A DNA stretch of 64,000 nucleotides from an uncultured delta proteobacterium (GCA_963848295.1 CAWKDB010000010.1:4320001-4384000); one strand, 5' to 3'; counted from the stretch's first letter, positions 43,501 to 51,992 are shown. The notes: generated by a model from the letters alone, not told the origin. Program-made: numbers and translations.

Positions 43501-45721
43501 CGAGCGGGCCGACCAGCTGCAAGCCGCGAGCGAGCGCGAGGTCGAGCCCGGGCAGCTGCTGTGCCCGGATCAGAAAGTCGTCGCGCAGCGTGATCGCGAC
43601 GCGGATCCGATCGTCGACCGTCGGAGCGAGTAACAACTCGACGAACCGCGCTCGCTCGTCAGCGCTCGCTCCGAGTGTGAATAGCTCTTCGAATTGATCG
43701 ACGACGATTAGCAGGCCGCGCTCGCGCGTCGCCTCGCGCAATCGCGCGAGGACGTTGTCACCCGCGCCGATCGCGATGCCCACGTGCGCGAGTTGCCCGA
43801 ACAAGTGCGCGAGCGGCGAACGGCCAGGGCGCGTGGTCGCGACCTGCCAGCCGTCGAGCGCCGGTGCGACACCCGCGTGGACGAACGAGCTCTTGCCGAC
43901 TCCGGACGGGCCAACGATCGCGACGAGCGGCTCGAGCTTGAGCCGATTGACGACGATGTCGGTCTCGCGCTCGCGGCCGAAGAACCCGGCGGCGTCGGCC
44001 CGGGTATACGACGCGAGGCCCTTGTACGGACTGTCTTCGCTCGGGCCTTGTTGCGCTTCGCTGTCGTCGCGGAACAGCTGATCGCGGAACCAATCCCACA
44101 GCGTGTCGTCGCGATGCTCGAAGTTGTGCGGCAGCGACGTCAAGCGCGCACTCGCCCGCGCGGGACCGGCGAGCAGGAACAGCTGATCGGTGTGGCCCGG
44201 CACTGCGAGCTGGACTTGCATCAGCGGCCAGGGCGCGAGCAGCGGTATGCCGGCGGCGTCGATCACGACCGGCTGGCCCTCGGGTAACGCGCGCGCGAGT
44301 GGCACGCTGCGCCGCGGCCCGGTGCGCGTGCCCATCCAGACCTCGCCGAGCGGACCGCGCGGCACGACGACCTGGTAGGCGTCGAGAAACCCAAGCGCGC
44401 GGAGCAACGACGCGATCACGGGCAGCTCGCGCACGATCGATTGAATCGCCGCTTCTTCGCTGACCTCGCCTAGCGCCTCCGCGAGCGTGCCCTGCAGCGC
44501 CGGCGCGAACGCGTGCGGGCCCGACGTCGGATGCAGCAGCAGTGCGAGCTCGGGAATCGGATAGGTGTCGGGCAGCCGTGCGAACGGCTTGGTCAGCTCG
44601 TCGGCGAGCGCGATCCAGCCGGCCGGCGTCAGGCCTTGGCGGCGCAAGTCGCGCAGTAGATCGCGCGCGCGGGGAGAATCCTGTGGCGCTCCACTGCCGA
44701 CTCGCGTGCGGCAGGCGAGCGCGAGGATGCCGACGTACCACGCCGAGATCCGCACGATGCCGCGCATCGCTTCGCGCGCTTGGTGCGCGTTCTTGGCGGC
44801 GTCGTAGCTGGCGACGGCATCCGCGATCGGCTGCGGTGCGTTCGCGAGTGCCTGAACGCGGAGTTCTTCGTCGAGCTGGGGCAGCTCGATCGTTGTCGAG
44901 CCGATGCCGGCGGCGTCCCGAAAGGCTTGCGCGAGCTCGAGCACGTTGCCGAAGCGTTCGGCTGGCTTCTTCGCGAGCGCGCGAGAGATGACCGCATCGA
45001 GCGCCGGCGGAAATCCGTCGCCGAGCGGCGCGACCTTACCTCTCGCGTGGGCCCGTGCGATTTCCATCACCGTCGCACCGGTGAATGCGAACCGACCGGT
45101 CAGCGCTTCATACGCGAGGGCTCCGAGCGCGTATTGGTCCGCCGGCGCGCCTGCGTGCTTCGCGTCGATCCACAGCTCGGGTGCCATGTACGCGGGCGAG
45201 CCGAGCACACCGCGAGTCGATGCGGGCGCTTCGTCCGCGGTCGCGCGCGCGATGCCGAAATCAAGCAGCTTCGGCAGCAGCCTACCCGCGCGCGAAATCA
45301 CCATCACGTTGTCGGGTTTCAGGTCGCGATGGATGATCCCCTGCTCGTGCGCGGTCTGCACGACCTCGCAGATCCGCTCGAGCAGCGGCACGAACCGCTC
45401 GATCGGCATCGGCCCCTGCGCTTCGCTGACCTCGCGCAAAGAGGCACCGCGCACGCGCTCCATCGCGATCCACAACGTGCCGTCGGGTTCCGCGCCGAAC
45501 GCGTAGATGTGCGCGGCGTAGGGGTGGTCTAGGCGCGACGCGAGCTGCGCTTCGCGCAAGAAACTGTCGACTCGCGCCGGATCGCCCGCCTCGCGCAGCA
45601 GCTTGACGATCGCTTCGCGATGCAGCGCGCTCTGTTCGGCTAGAAAGATGTCGCCGAACCCGCCGGAGCCAATCTGCTCGCGCAACACGAAGCCGCCGAG
45701 GCTGCGGTCGCCGTCAGGCAT
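40535..45721 (-). CDS. Ser/Thr kinase - STAND NTPase (nSTAND1-like) - TM - WD40 repeat protein
   Basis: GSGGFG, HRDLKPDN, DFG, YMAPE; PYKGL...FFGRE, GPSGVGKSS, VVDQFEELFT; TM ALIAMALLVAAVFVVGLW; many GH...FSPDG...WD repeats. Confidence 0.92.
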   Translation of the reverse strand: MPDGDRSLGGFVLREQIGSGGFGDIFLAEQSALHREAIVKLLREAGDPARVDSFLREAQLASRLDHPYAAHIYAFGAEPDGTLWIAMERVRGASLREVSEAQGPMPIERFVPLLERICEVVQTAHEQGIIHRDLKPDNVMVISRAGRLLPKLLDFGIARATADEAPASTRGVLGSPAYMAPELWIDAKHAGAPADQYALGALAYEALTGRFAFTGATVMEIARAHARGKVAPLGDGFPPALDAVISRALAKKPAERFGNVLELAQAFRDAAGIGSTTIELPQLDEELRVQALANAPQPIADAVASYDAAKNAHQAREAMRGIVRISAWYVGILALACRTRVGSGAPQDSPRARDLLRDLRRQGLTPAGWIALADELTKPFARLPDTYPIPELALLLHPTSGPHAFAPALQGTLAEALGEVSEEAAIQSIVRELPVIASLLRALGFLDAYQVVVPRGPLGEVWMGTRTGPRRSVPLARALPEGQPVVIDAAGIPLLAPWPLMQVQLAVPGHTDQLFLLAGPARASARLTSLPHNFEHRDDTLWDWFRDQLFRDDSEAQQGPSEDSPYKGLASYTRADAAGFFGRERETDIVVNRLKLEPLVAIVGPSGVGKSSFVHAGVAPALDGWQVATTRPGRSPLAHLFGQLAHVGIAIGAGDNVLARLREATRERGLLIVVDQFEELFTLGASADERARFVELLLAPTVDDRIRVAITLRDDFLIRAQQLPGLDLALARGLQLVGPLAPAALERIIVEPLRRAGYELDDPQLPARIVADAGDTPAAVALISFTATRWWELRDRHFHQIPKKAYEAIGGVTGALARHADDTVDALPPSERALVRKAFRHLTTSEGTRAVLARAELLALLGGSAEAERVIERLIESRLVVTSEAEGGAVIEIVHEALLGAWPRLVEWRLEDAEGSRFHEQLRAAARQWDARGRARGLLWRGDALAEYQVWRKRHPDGLTPAEAAFGEASVADSLRGRRIRRALIAMALLVAAVFVVGLWRANRATEHNAAALRASNLGMLMEQGRQALVRGHFDESLVFLAEAYRQGLATSNVRFLLGTAVRALGAHRVILTGHKNWVDRLSYSRDGRRLCTADNSGLVQLWDTKTWKRISSQDLGKSRIDVDLSADGRYALVSRGRRPAIFETDHWRLVREFDASDDAVARLLDDGSAVAISDGRRHVIRVFTIDGALVRDVAADLTDVEGGTETIVTSGAWIAVAVKAGALVVDSTSGFQRQFDVSGRVHAVGISAESRKVLAVPDSSTKVTVWDIDTGASRELAGHSGDVIRASFSPDGRRIATGSLDHTAKVWDADTGRLLSSLNGHEGYVIALAWSADGKRLATGSVDRTTRIWDPVSGIERYRDFGHSGAVTRLEFSPDGQSLATGSTDRTVAIVDPSADTSRVLLRFPSGASSVRFSSDSTRVLVQRWDGPAFVYDFKTQAPVTPVVRDPAPNSVDRLAASSMSASGDFSPSSTGYAVANQDRVRMLGFTLSNTVDSASLGSRVTGIRYLDERRLAVATSGGSVAIVEAGAVRRSRTLPGGGIVAIAVLENPARIVVAQSGGAISILDASTLASIHSYAGPGELDSFAVGPSGRFLVAVTGSSTYVLDPESGRELMRTRGMADGYSVDVSPDGGRIALGTDDGVVNVLDAESGELLTQFGDGKGFITGVAFSPDGSRLVYVDDAGRLSVVDVALERRTPQELDTLLRCRIPLKLTGQRLVPMSALELHCE

Positions 45722-45744
45722 TCCCGCCCGCGAGAGTAACGCCT

Positions 45745-45784
45745 TAGAAATAGCAAAGCCACCGAAGCACCATGCTTCGGTGGC
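45745..45784 (-). terminator. Intrinsic terminator (minus strand); contains the right copy of the 15-bp direct repeat
   Basis: GCCACCGAAGCA-3nt-TGCTTCGGTGGC 12-bp stem at 45758-45784, followed on the minus strand by TTTGCTATTTC. Confidence 0.8.
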
Positions 45785-45955
45785 CCCTCTCCGCTGCGTG
45801 GCCGTCCGTCAACAATCCGGCAGCGAGGAGTATGACGAGCGTTATTGCGAGGCGGATGCCATGTCGGATCGGAGGCGCAACCGCGTAAGTGGGTGCATTT
45901 CCGAGCCAAGCGTGAACGGCGGTTGACTCGGTGAGGTGTGAAACGCGGCAGCAGA

Positions 45956-47545
45956 CTATCCGCGCGGGCCGTCGGTCAGCTGGATCTCGGAGTGCTTCGC
46001 CTCCGGCAGCTTGTCGGGGTAGTCGAGCGTGAAGTGCAGGCCGCGCGATTCCTTGCGGCGGCGCGCACTCTCGATCATCAGGTGCGCGACGAGCGCGAGG
46101 TTGCGCAGCTCGACCAGATCGCTCGTGATCTTGAAGTCGATGTAGTACTGGCGGATCTCGTCGCGCACGACCTCGATCCGGTGGCGCGCTCGCTCGAGTC
46201 GCTTGTCGCTGCGCACGATGCCGACGTACGACCACATGAACCGGCGGATCTCTTCCCAGTTGAGGGTCACGACGATCGCGTCGTTCGAGTCGGTCGCGTC
46301 GTCGCTCGACCACGGCGCGATGTGCGACGGGCGATGGCGCTGCGCTCCGCGCACGGCTTCGGCGGCGCGCGACGAGAACACCATGCCTTCGAGCAGCGAG
46401 TTCGAGGCCAACCGATTCGCACCGTGCAGCCCGGTCGCCGCGCACTCGCCGATCGCGTAGAGCCCGGGCACGGTCGTCTCGCCGCGATCGCCGGTCTTGA
46501 CGCCGCCGCAGCTGTAGTGCGCCGCCGGCACGACAGGGATCGGCTGCTTCGTGATGTCGATCCCGAGCGACAAGCAGCGCTCGTAGATGTTCGGGAACCG
46601 GCCGCGCACGAACGCGGGATCGAGATGGGTCATGTCGAGGAACACCGAGTCCGCACCCGACTTCTTGAGCTCGTTGTCGATGGCACGCGCGACGATGTCG
46701 CGCGATGCGAGCGACTTCATCGGGTGGTACTTCTCCATGAACGTCTCGCCGCTCGCGAGCTTCAACACGCCGCCTTCGCCGCGCAGCGCCTCGGAGATCA
46801 AGAACTGACCCGCGTGCGGGTGATAGAGCACCGTCGGGTGAAACTGGATGAACTCGAGGTCGGAGCACGCGGCGCCGATGCGATACGCCATCGCGACGCC
46901 GTCGCCGGTCGCGACATCGGGATTCGACGTGTAGATGTAGACCTTACCTGTACCGCCGGTCGCGAGCACGGTCGCGCGCGCGCACACGGTCTGGACCTGG
47001 CCGCTGCGGCAATCGAGCACGTACGCGCCGATGCATGCCGGATCTCCGCCGTACTTGGCGAGCGAGAGCAGATCGACCGCGATGTGGTTCTCGAGCACGG
47101 TGATGTTCGAGTGGCTCGCGACCGCCGCCATGAGCGCGCGCTGGATCTCGCGCCCGGTGACGTCCTGCCAGTGGACGACGCGATGGCGGGTATGCGCACC
47201 TTCGCGGCCGAGATCGAGCTCGCCGGCTTGATCGCGGGCGAGCCGGACGCCGAGATCGAGCAAGCGGCGCACCTGAGCCGGCCCTTCGGTGACGCACAGC
47301 TCGACGATCTTGCGATCGCACAGGCCGTCGCCGGCGGCGAGCGTGTCGGCGACGTGTTGCTCGAAGCTGTCGTCGGGGGCGAGCGCGGCCGCGACCCCGC
47401 CTTGCGCCCAGTTCGTGTTGGTGTCGGCCTCGCGCTTCTTCGTGACGACCACGACCCGGCCGTGCTCCGCCGCGAGCAGCGCGAAGTTGAGGCCGGCGAT
47501 GCCGGACCCGATGACGAGATAGTCGCACTCGAGCGCCTCGGACAT
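45956..47545 (-). CDS. nadB: L-aspartate oxidase
   Basis: IGSGIAGL, WAQGG, EGAH, ATGG, QFHPT, LISEALRGEG, PAAHY.CGG, GLHGANRLASNSLLEG, ESRGLHF. Confidence 0.97.
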   Translation of the reverse strand: MSEALECDYLVIGSGIAGLNFALLAAEHGRVVVVTKKREADTNTNWAQGGVAAALAPDDSFEQHVADTLAAGDGLCDRKIVELCVTEGPAQVRRLLDLGVRLARDQAGELDLGREGAHTRHRVVHWQDVTGREIQRALMAAVASHSNITVLENHIAVDLLSLAKYGGDPACIGAYVLDCRSGQVQTVCARATVLATGGTGKVYIYTSNPDVATGDGVAMAYRIGAACSDLEFIQFHPTVLYHPHAGQFLISEALRGEGGVLKLASGETFMEKYHPMKSLASRDIVARAIDNELKKSGADSVFLDMTHLDPAFVRGRFPNIYERCLSLGIDITKQPIPVVPAAHYSCGGVKTGDRGETTVPGLYAIGECAATGLHGANRLASNSLLEGMVFSSRAAEAVRGAQRHRPSHIAPWSSDDATDSNDAIVVTLNWEEIRRFMWSYVGIVRSDKRLERARHRIEVVRDEIRQYYIDFKITSDLVELRNLALVAHLMIESARRRKESRGLHFTLDYPDKLPEAKHSEIQLTDGPRG

Positions 47546-47581
47546 GCGTGGGCGGACCATAGCGCGTTACGATGGGCGCGG

Positions 47582-49261
47582 GTGAACGCGCAACTCGACC
47601 AGATCCTCAACTATCTCGACCGCGAAGGCGTGACCGAGATCGTGATCGCCGTCGGGCGCACGATCGCGATGCGCAAAGCCGGCGCCTACTCGGCGTTGAC
47701 CTCGAAGCCGGTGAACGCGACGCAGCTCAGCTCGCTGATCCAAGGCACGCCGCTGCCGGGGCTGATCCCGACCGCCGATTCGACGCTCGCAGCGGTCGAG
47801 GTCGATCTCGGCAAGCGCCGCGTTCGGGTCCAGGCCGGTCGCCGCGGCGAGGAGATCGTGTTTCGCATCGAGCGCTCGTTGTTGCCCGCCGCGCCCGCTC
47901 CGGCGAAGCGCGCGCCGACGCCGGCGCCGATCGATCTGGGACCCGGAGTTTCGCTCGAGCTCGAGAATACGCCGAAGCCCGGGCCGGCACCGACGCCAGC
48001 GAAGCCTGCCGCCGCTCCGCCGAAGTCGAACCTGCCGCAACCGTTCGCGCTCGATCTCGACGATGCGACCGGGCCGGCGCTCGAGCTCGAAGGGCGGCCC
48101 GGTACGAGGCCGGCGGCGGCGCCGAGGTCGATCGCCGCACCCGCACCCGCACCGGTCGCGACGTTGCCCAGGCGCGGCGGTCCGCCGATATTCGCGGAGC
48201 TCGTCCAGGTCGCGCGCGAACGCGGTGCGAGCGATCTGCATATCGCAGGCAACCTCGTGATCTCGGTGCGCGTCGCCGGCGAGCTGGTCGCGCTCGAAGC
48301 GTCGCCGCTCTCGCCCGCCGATGCCGAGGCGTGCTTGTTGCCGCTGCTCGACGCCGAGCACGAGGCCTCGTTGCACGACCAGGGCTACGTCGATCTCGCG
48401 GTCGATGCGCCGGGCGGCGGCCGGCTGCGCGCGAACATCGCGCGGCATCAGGGCGGGATCAAAGGCACGTTCCGGCTGGCCGCGGAGCATCCGTCGATGC
48501 TCGAGCAGCTCGGCTTGCCGAAAGAGCTCGCGAAGGTCGTCGCGCATCACCAAGGGCTCGTCGTGATCGCGGGACCGAGCGGCCACGGCAAGACGACGAC
48601 CCTCGCCGCGCTCGTCGACCTCGTGAACTCGAGCCGGGCGCACCACATCTTGACGATCGAGGACCCGGTCGAGATCGTGCATCCGCGCAAGCTGGCGGTC
48701 GTGTCGCAACGCGAAGCGGGTCGCCACACGAAGACGTTCGCGACTGGGCTCAAGGCATCGTTGCGCGAAGACCCGGATGTCATCGTGATCGGCGAGCTGC
48801 GCGATCGCGAGACCGTCGAGATCGCGCTGACCGCGTCGGAGACTGGCCACCTCGTGCTGTCGACGATGAGCACGCCGTCGGCCGCCAAGACGATCGATCG
48901 CCTGATCGACATGTTCCCGCCCGAAGATCAGAACCAAGTGCGCGCGTCGATCGCGGGAGCGTTGCGCGCGGTGCTCGCCCAACGGCTGTTGCCGGGCGCG
49001 AACGGTGGCGTCGTCCCGGTCGTCGAGCTCGTCACCGGCGTGTTGCCGCTCGCCGCGATGATCCGCGACGACAAGTTGTTCCAGCTGCCGAACCTCATGC
49101 AGCGCGGCAAGTCGTACGGCATGATCCGGTTCGACGATTCGCTCGCGGAGCACGTGCGCGCCGGCCGGATCCGCGAAGACATCGCGCTCGCCGCGGCGGA
49201 CAGCAAGAAGGAGCTCACCAACGTGCTGCATCCGCCCGCGCCGACGCCGGGGAAGAAGTAA
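47582..49261 (+). CDS. PilT/PilU-family ATPase with extra N-terminal domain and Pro-rich linker
   Basis: ASDLHI, GPSGHGKTTT, TIEDPVE, LREDPD, GELRD, ETGHLVLSTMST; GTG start 47582. Confidence 0.88.
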   Translation: MNAQLDQILNYLDREGVTEIVIAVGRTIAMRKAGAYSALTSKPVNATQLSSLIQGTPLPGLIPTADSTLAAVEVDLGKRRVRVQAGRRGEEIVFRIERSLLPAAPAPAKRAPTPAPIDLGPGVSLELENTPKPGPAPTPAKPAAAPPKSNLPQPFALDLDDATGPALELEGRPGTRPAAAPRSIAAPAPAPVATLPRRGGPPIFAELVQVARERGASDLHIAGNLVISVRVAGELVALEASPLSPADAEACLLPLLDAEHEASLHDQGYVDLAVDAPGGGRLRANIARHQGGIKGTFRLAAEHPSMLEQLGLPKELAKVVAHHQGLVVIAGPSGHGKTTTLAALVDLVNSSRAHHILTIEDPVEIVHPRKLAVVSQREAGRHTKTFATGLKASLREDPDVIVIGELRDRETVEIALTASETGHLVLSTMSTPSAAKTIDRLIDMFPPEDQNQVRASIAGALRAVLAQRLLPGANGGVVPVVELVTGVLPLAAMIRDDKLFQLPNLMQRGKSYGMIRFDDSLAEHVRAGRIREDIALAAADSKKELTNVLHPPAPTPGKK

Positions 49262-50334
49262 TGCCCGGGTTCGCGATCGATGCGTTGTTCGACAGGCTGC
49301 TCGAGCGCAAGGGCTCGGACCTCCACCTCACGCCGGGCTACCCGCCGATGCTGCGCGTGCGCGGCGAGCTCGCGCCCGAAGGTGACAATCCGCTGACGAC
49401 GGGCGATATCGAAGCGATGTTGATGCCGCTGCTCTCGGCCGAGCAGCGCACGCACTTCACGACGACCGGCGACCTCGACTTCGCACACCAGCACGGCGCG
49501 AAGGCGCGGTTCCGTGCGAACTACCTCAAGAAGCTGAGCGGCGTCGGCGCGGTGTTTCGCGCGATCCCGACGATCATCAAGTCGCTCGACGAGCTCGGCG
49601 TGCCGCCCGGTATCCGCAAGCTGTCGGAGCTGCGCGCCGGGCTCGTGCTCGTCACCGGCCCGACCGGCTCCGGCAAGTCGACGACGCTCGCGGCGATGAT
49701 CGATCACATCAATCGCAATCGCTCGGGCCACGTCCTCACGATCGAAGACCCGGTCGAGTTCGTCCACGTGCCGCGCCGGTGCCTGATCACGCACAAGGAG
49801 GTCGGCGAGCACGTGCCGAGCTTCCTCGACGCGATTCGCAGCGCGGGTCGCGAGAATGCCGACGTTATTCTCGTCGGCGAGCTCCGCGGTGCCGAGACCA
49901 TGAAAGCGGCGCTTCAGCTCGCGAGCTTCGGCATCTTGATCTTCGCGACCGTGCACACGAACTCTGCCGCGGCGACGATCGATCGCTACGTCAACGCGTT
50001 TCCCGCGGATCAACAGCCGCAGATCCGCGGCCTGCTCGCCGACTCGCTCGCCGGGGTCGTGGCGCAGCAGTTGTTGCCGCGCGCCGATGGTAACGGGCGC
50101 GTCGCGGCGCACGAGATCCTGTTCGGCAACCTCGCGCTCGCGTCGCTCGTGCGCGAAGGCAAGACCCAACAGATCGCGAGCTTCATCCAGGCCGGCACCG
50201 CGGAAGGCATGCAGGGCATGGACGTGGCGCTCGAGCGCTTCGTGCGCGAGGGTACGATCAAGGCGCAGGACGCGATGGAGAAGGCGCTCGATAAGGACTC
50301 GTTCGCGAAGCTGTTCCCGCCCGGGACCGCGTAG
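49261..50334 (+). CDS. PilT/PilU-family ATPase
   Basis: GSDLHL, GPTGSGKSTT, TIEDPVE, GELR, FATVHT; TAATG coupling to the upstream paralog. Confidence 0.9.
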   Translation: MPGFAIDALFDRLLERKGSDLHLTPGYPPMLRVRGELAPEGDNPLTTGDIEAMLMPLLSAEQRTHFTTTGDLDFAHQHGAKARFRANYLKKLSGVGAVFRAIPTIIKSLDELGVPPGIRKLSELRAGLVLVTGPTGSGKSTTLAAMIDHINRNRSGHVLTIEDPVEFVHVPRRCLITHKEVGEHVPSFLDAIRSAGRENADVILVGELRGAETMKAALQLASFGILIFATVHTNSAAATIDRYVNAFPADQQPQIRGLLADSLAGVVAQQLLPRADGNGRVAAHEILFGNLALASLVREGKTQQIASFIQAGTAEGMQGMDVALERFVREGTIKAQDAMEKALDKDSFAKLFPPGTA

Positions 50335-50671
50335 CGGCGAGGCCGACGAGGCTCGCGATCAGCCCGGCGCCGACGACCGCGAGCGTGACGAGGAAGAACG
50401 GATCGCCGCACTGCACGTAGATCACGACGTAGGCGATGCAGAAGCCCACGCGGACGAGCACGATCGTCGGATACAGCGCGGTGAGCCGCAGCCGGATCAC
50501 CTGGATCACGAACGCGGCGAGGCCGAGCACGAACAGCCCGCACATCCGCGCGATCGGCGCGGGGTAGGCGCCGTTCGATTGCAGCAGGCGCAAGGTCAGC
50601 TCGGGCGCGAACAGGAGCCCGAGCCCGGCGCCCGTGAGGTAGCTCGCGACGTAGTACAGGCTTCGCTGCAT
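50258..50671 (-). CDS. Small 4-TM membrane protein
   Basis: Four hydrophobic segments; divergent from the TetR gene; 3' end overlaps the PilT gene. Confidence 0.7.
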   Translation of the reverse strand: MQRSLYYVASYLTGAGLGLLFAPELTLRLLQSNGAYPAPIARMCGLFVLGLAAFVIQVIRLRLTALYPTIVLVRVGFCIAYVVIYVQCGDPFFLVTLAVVGAGLIASLVGLAATRSRAGTASRTSPYRAPSPSRPAP

Positions 50672-50676
50672 GTCCT

Positions 50677-50695
50677 ATCTTACCACTGGAAAGAT
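50677..50695. promoter_or_regulatory. Probable TetR operator
   Basis: ATCTTACCA-C-TGGAAAGAT imperfect palindrome between the divergent genes, overlapping a TAAGAT -10. Confidence 0.65.
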
Positions 50696-50716
50696 TGATG
50701 TGGTAAGCTATTCGCG

Positions 50717-51286
50717 ATGGCGCGTCGCGCATATCACCACGGTGACCTGCGTGCGGCGGTGCTGGCTGCGGGAGTGGCGCTCGTCGACGCGGGCGAGCCG
50801 CTCGGGATGCGCGAGCTCGGCCGCCGCCTCGGCGTCAGCCACGTCGCGGTCCGCTACCACTTCTCGAGCATCGAGGCGGTCGACGACGCGCTCGCGGCGA
50901 TCTGGTTTCGCGATCTCGATCGCGCGATGGCCGCGGCGGAGCGCCGCCACCTGGGCGATCCGCGCGCTCGGTTCCAGGCTCTCGGCGCGGCCTACGTGCG
51001 TTATGCGCTCGCCCACCCGGCGCGGTTTCGAGTGCTATTTCGCGGTCGGAGCGCCGGGCTCGCGCGCGAGGCGGAGCCGGCGTTTCGCCGGGTGCTCGAG
51101 GCCGTGGTCGCGTGTCGCCCGCGCGCCGATGCGGGGACGGTCACGATGCTCGCATGGTCGGCGATGCACGGGCTCGCGCTGCTGTGGATCGACGGTGCGC
51201 TCGCAGGCCGGCTCGCGCGTCGCGACCTCGACGCGCTGATTGCCAATATGGCAGCGGTGATCGGTCACCAATTCCGCGCGGCCTGA
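50717..51286 (+). CDS. TetR/AcrR regulator (WHG-type C-terminus)
   Basis: YHHGDLR, RELGRRLGVSH.A..YHF, AYVRYALAHP..F, WSAMHGL. Confidence 0.92.
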   Translation: MARRAYHHGDLRAAVLAAGVALVDAGEPLGMRELGRRLGVSHVAVRYHFSSIEAVDDALAAIWFRDLDRAMAAAERRHLGDPRARFQALGAAYVRYALAHPARFRVLFRGRSAGLAREAEPAFRRVLEAVVACRPRADAGTVTMLAWSAMHGLALLWIDGALAGRLARRDLDALIANMAAVIGHQFRAA

Positions 51287-51333
51287 TCGGAGTTTTGCGA
51301 CACCCGACCGGGCGCGGTACCATTTCGGAGCTC

Positions 51334-51990
51334 GTGCGGCTCGCCCTCGCGTTTGTCGTCGCTCTGGTCGTCGCCGATAGTGCGGCGCGCGCCGACGTCT
51401 ATTCGTGGACCGACGGCGACGGCGTCATGCACTTCACGAACATGAGGCCGCGCGGCAGCAACTACAAGAAGGTGCTCGATAGCGCGCCCGAGGTCGGTTC
51501 GAAGGCGTCGGCCGAGCGCGGCAGCTGCCCGCGTTGCGACAAGGTCGCGGCGACCGACACGTCGCCGGAACGCTTCCACCGCTACGACGACTACATCCGC
51601 GAGGCGTCGGCGCTGTATCGCATTCCGGTGCCGCTGATCCGCGCCGTGATCAAGGTCGAGAGCGATTACGATCCACACGTCGTGTCGTCGATGGACTGCA
51701 AGGGCCTGATGCAGGTCCACCCGCAGGTCGAGATCGACATGGGGGTCACCGGTGACGTGTTCGATCCGCGCACGAACATCATGACCGGGACGCGGTTGTT
51801 GCGGTGGCTCGCGAATCGCGTCGACGGCGACCTCGTGCTGACGATCGCGGGCTACCACGCCGGGCTCGGCTCGCTCGCGAAGTTCGGCTACACCGTGCCG
51901 CCGTACGCGTACACGCGCCAGTACTTGAAGATGGTGCTCGAGCGCTACTATCAGTACAAAGCCGAAGAGCAGCGCGAGCGCACGAAGTAG
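51334..51990 (+). CDS. Lytic transglycosylase (SLT) with DUF4124-like N-terminus
   Basis: Signal peptide, VYSWTDGDGVMHFTN, AVIKVES, GLMQV, DPRTNI..G, AGYHAG. Confidence 0.88.
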   Translation: MRLALAFVVALVVADSAARADVYSWTDGDGVMHFTNMRPRGSNYKKVLDSAPEVGSKASAERGSCPRCDKVAATDTSPERFHRYDDYIREASALYRIPVPLIRAVIKVESDYDPHVVSSMDCKGLMQVHPQVEIDMGVTGDVFDPRTNIMTGTRLLRWLANRVDGDLVLTIAGYHAGLGSLAKFGYTVPPYAYTRQYLKMVLERYYQYKAEEQRERTK

Positions 51991-51992
51991 TC

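Noticed and set aside
40535..45721. Assignment to a named anti-phage STAND (Avs) system
   Set aside because: The kinase-nSTAND1-TM-WD40 layout is a common myxobacterial signalling architecture and no nuclease or NADase effector is seen; a defence role is not excluded but is unsupported
39074..45768. Autonomous mobile element, prophage or tRNA-targeted island
   Set aside because: No integrase, transposase, phage gene or tRNA is recognisable; only the direct repeat and the composition shift are supported
45832..45888. 18-aa plus-strand ORF after GAGGAG, and an Ile/Leu/Val-rich minus-strand frame suggesting an attenuator leader
   Set aside because: SD-to-ATG spacing is only 1 nt; the ILV-rich frame has no nearby start and no amino-acid biosynthesis gene follows
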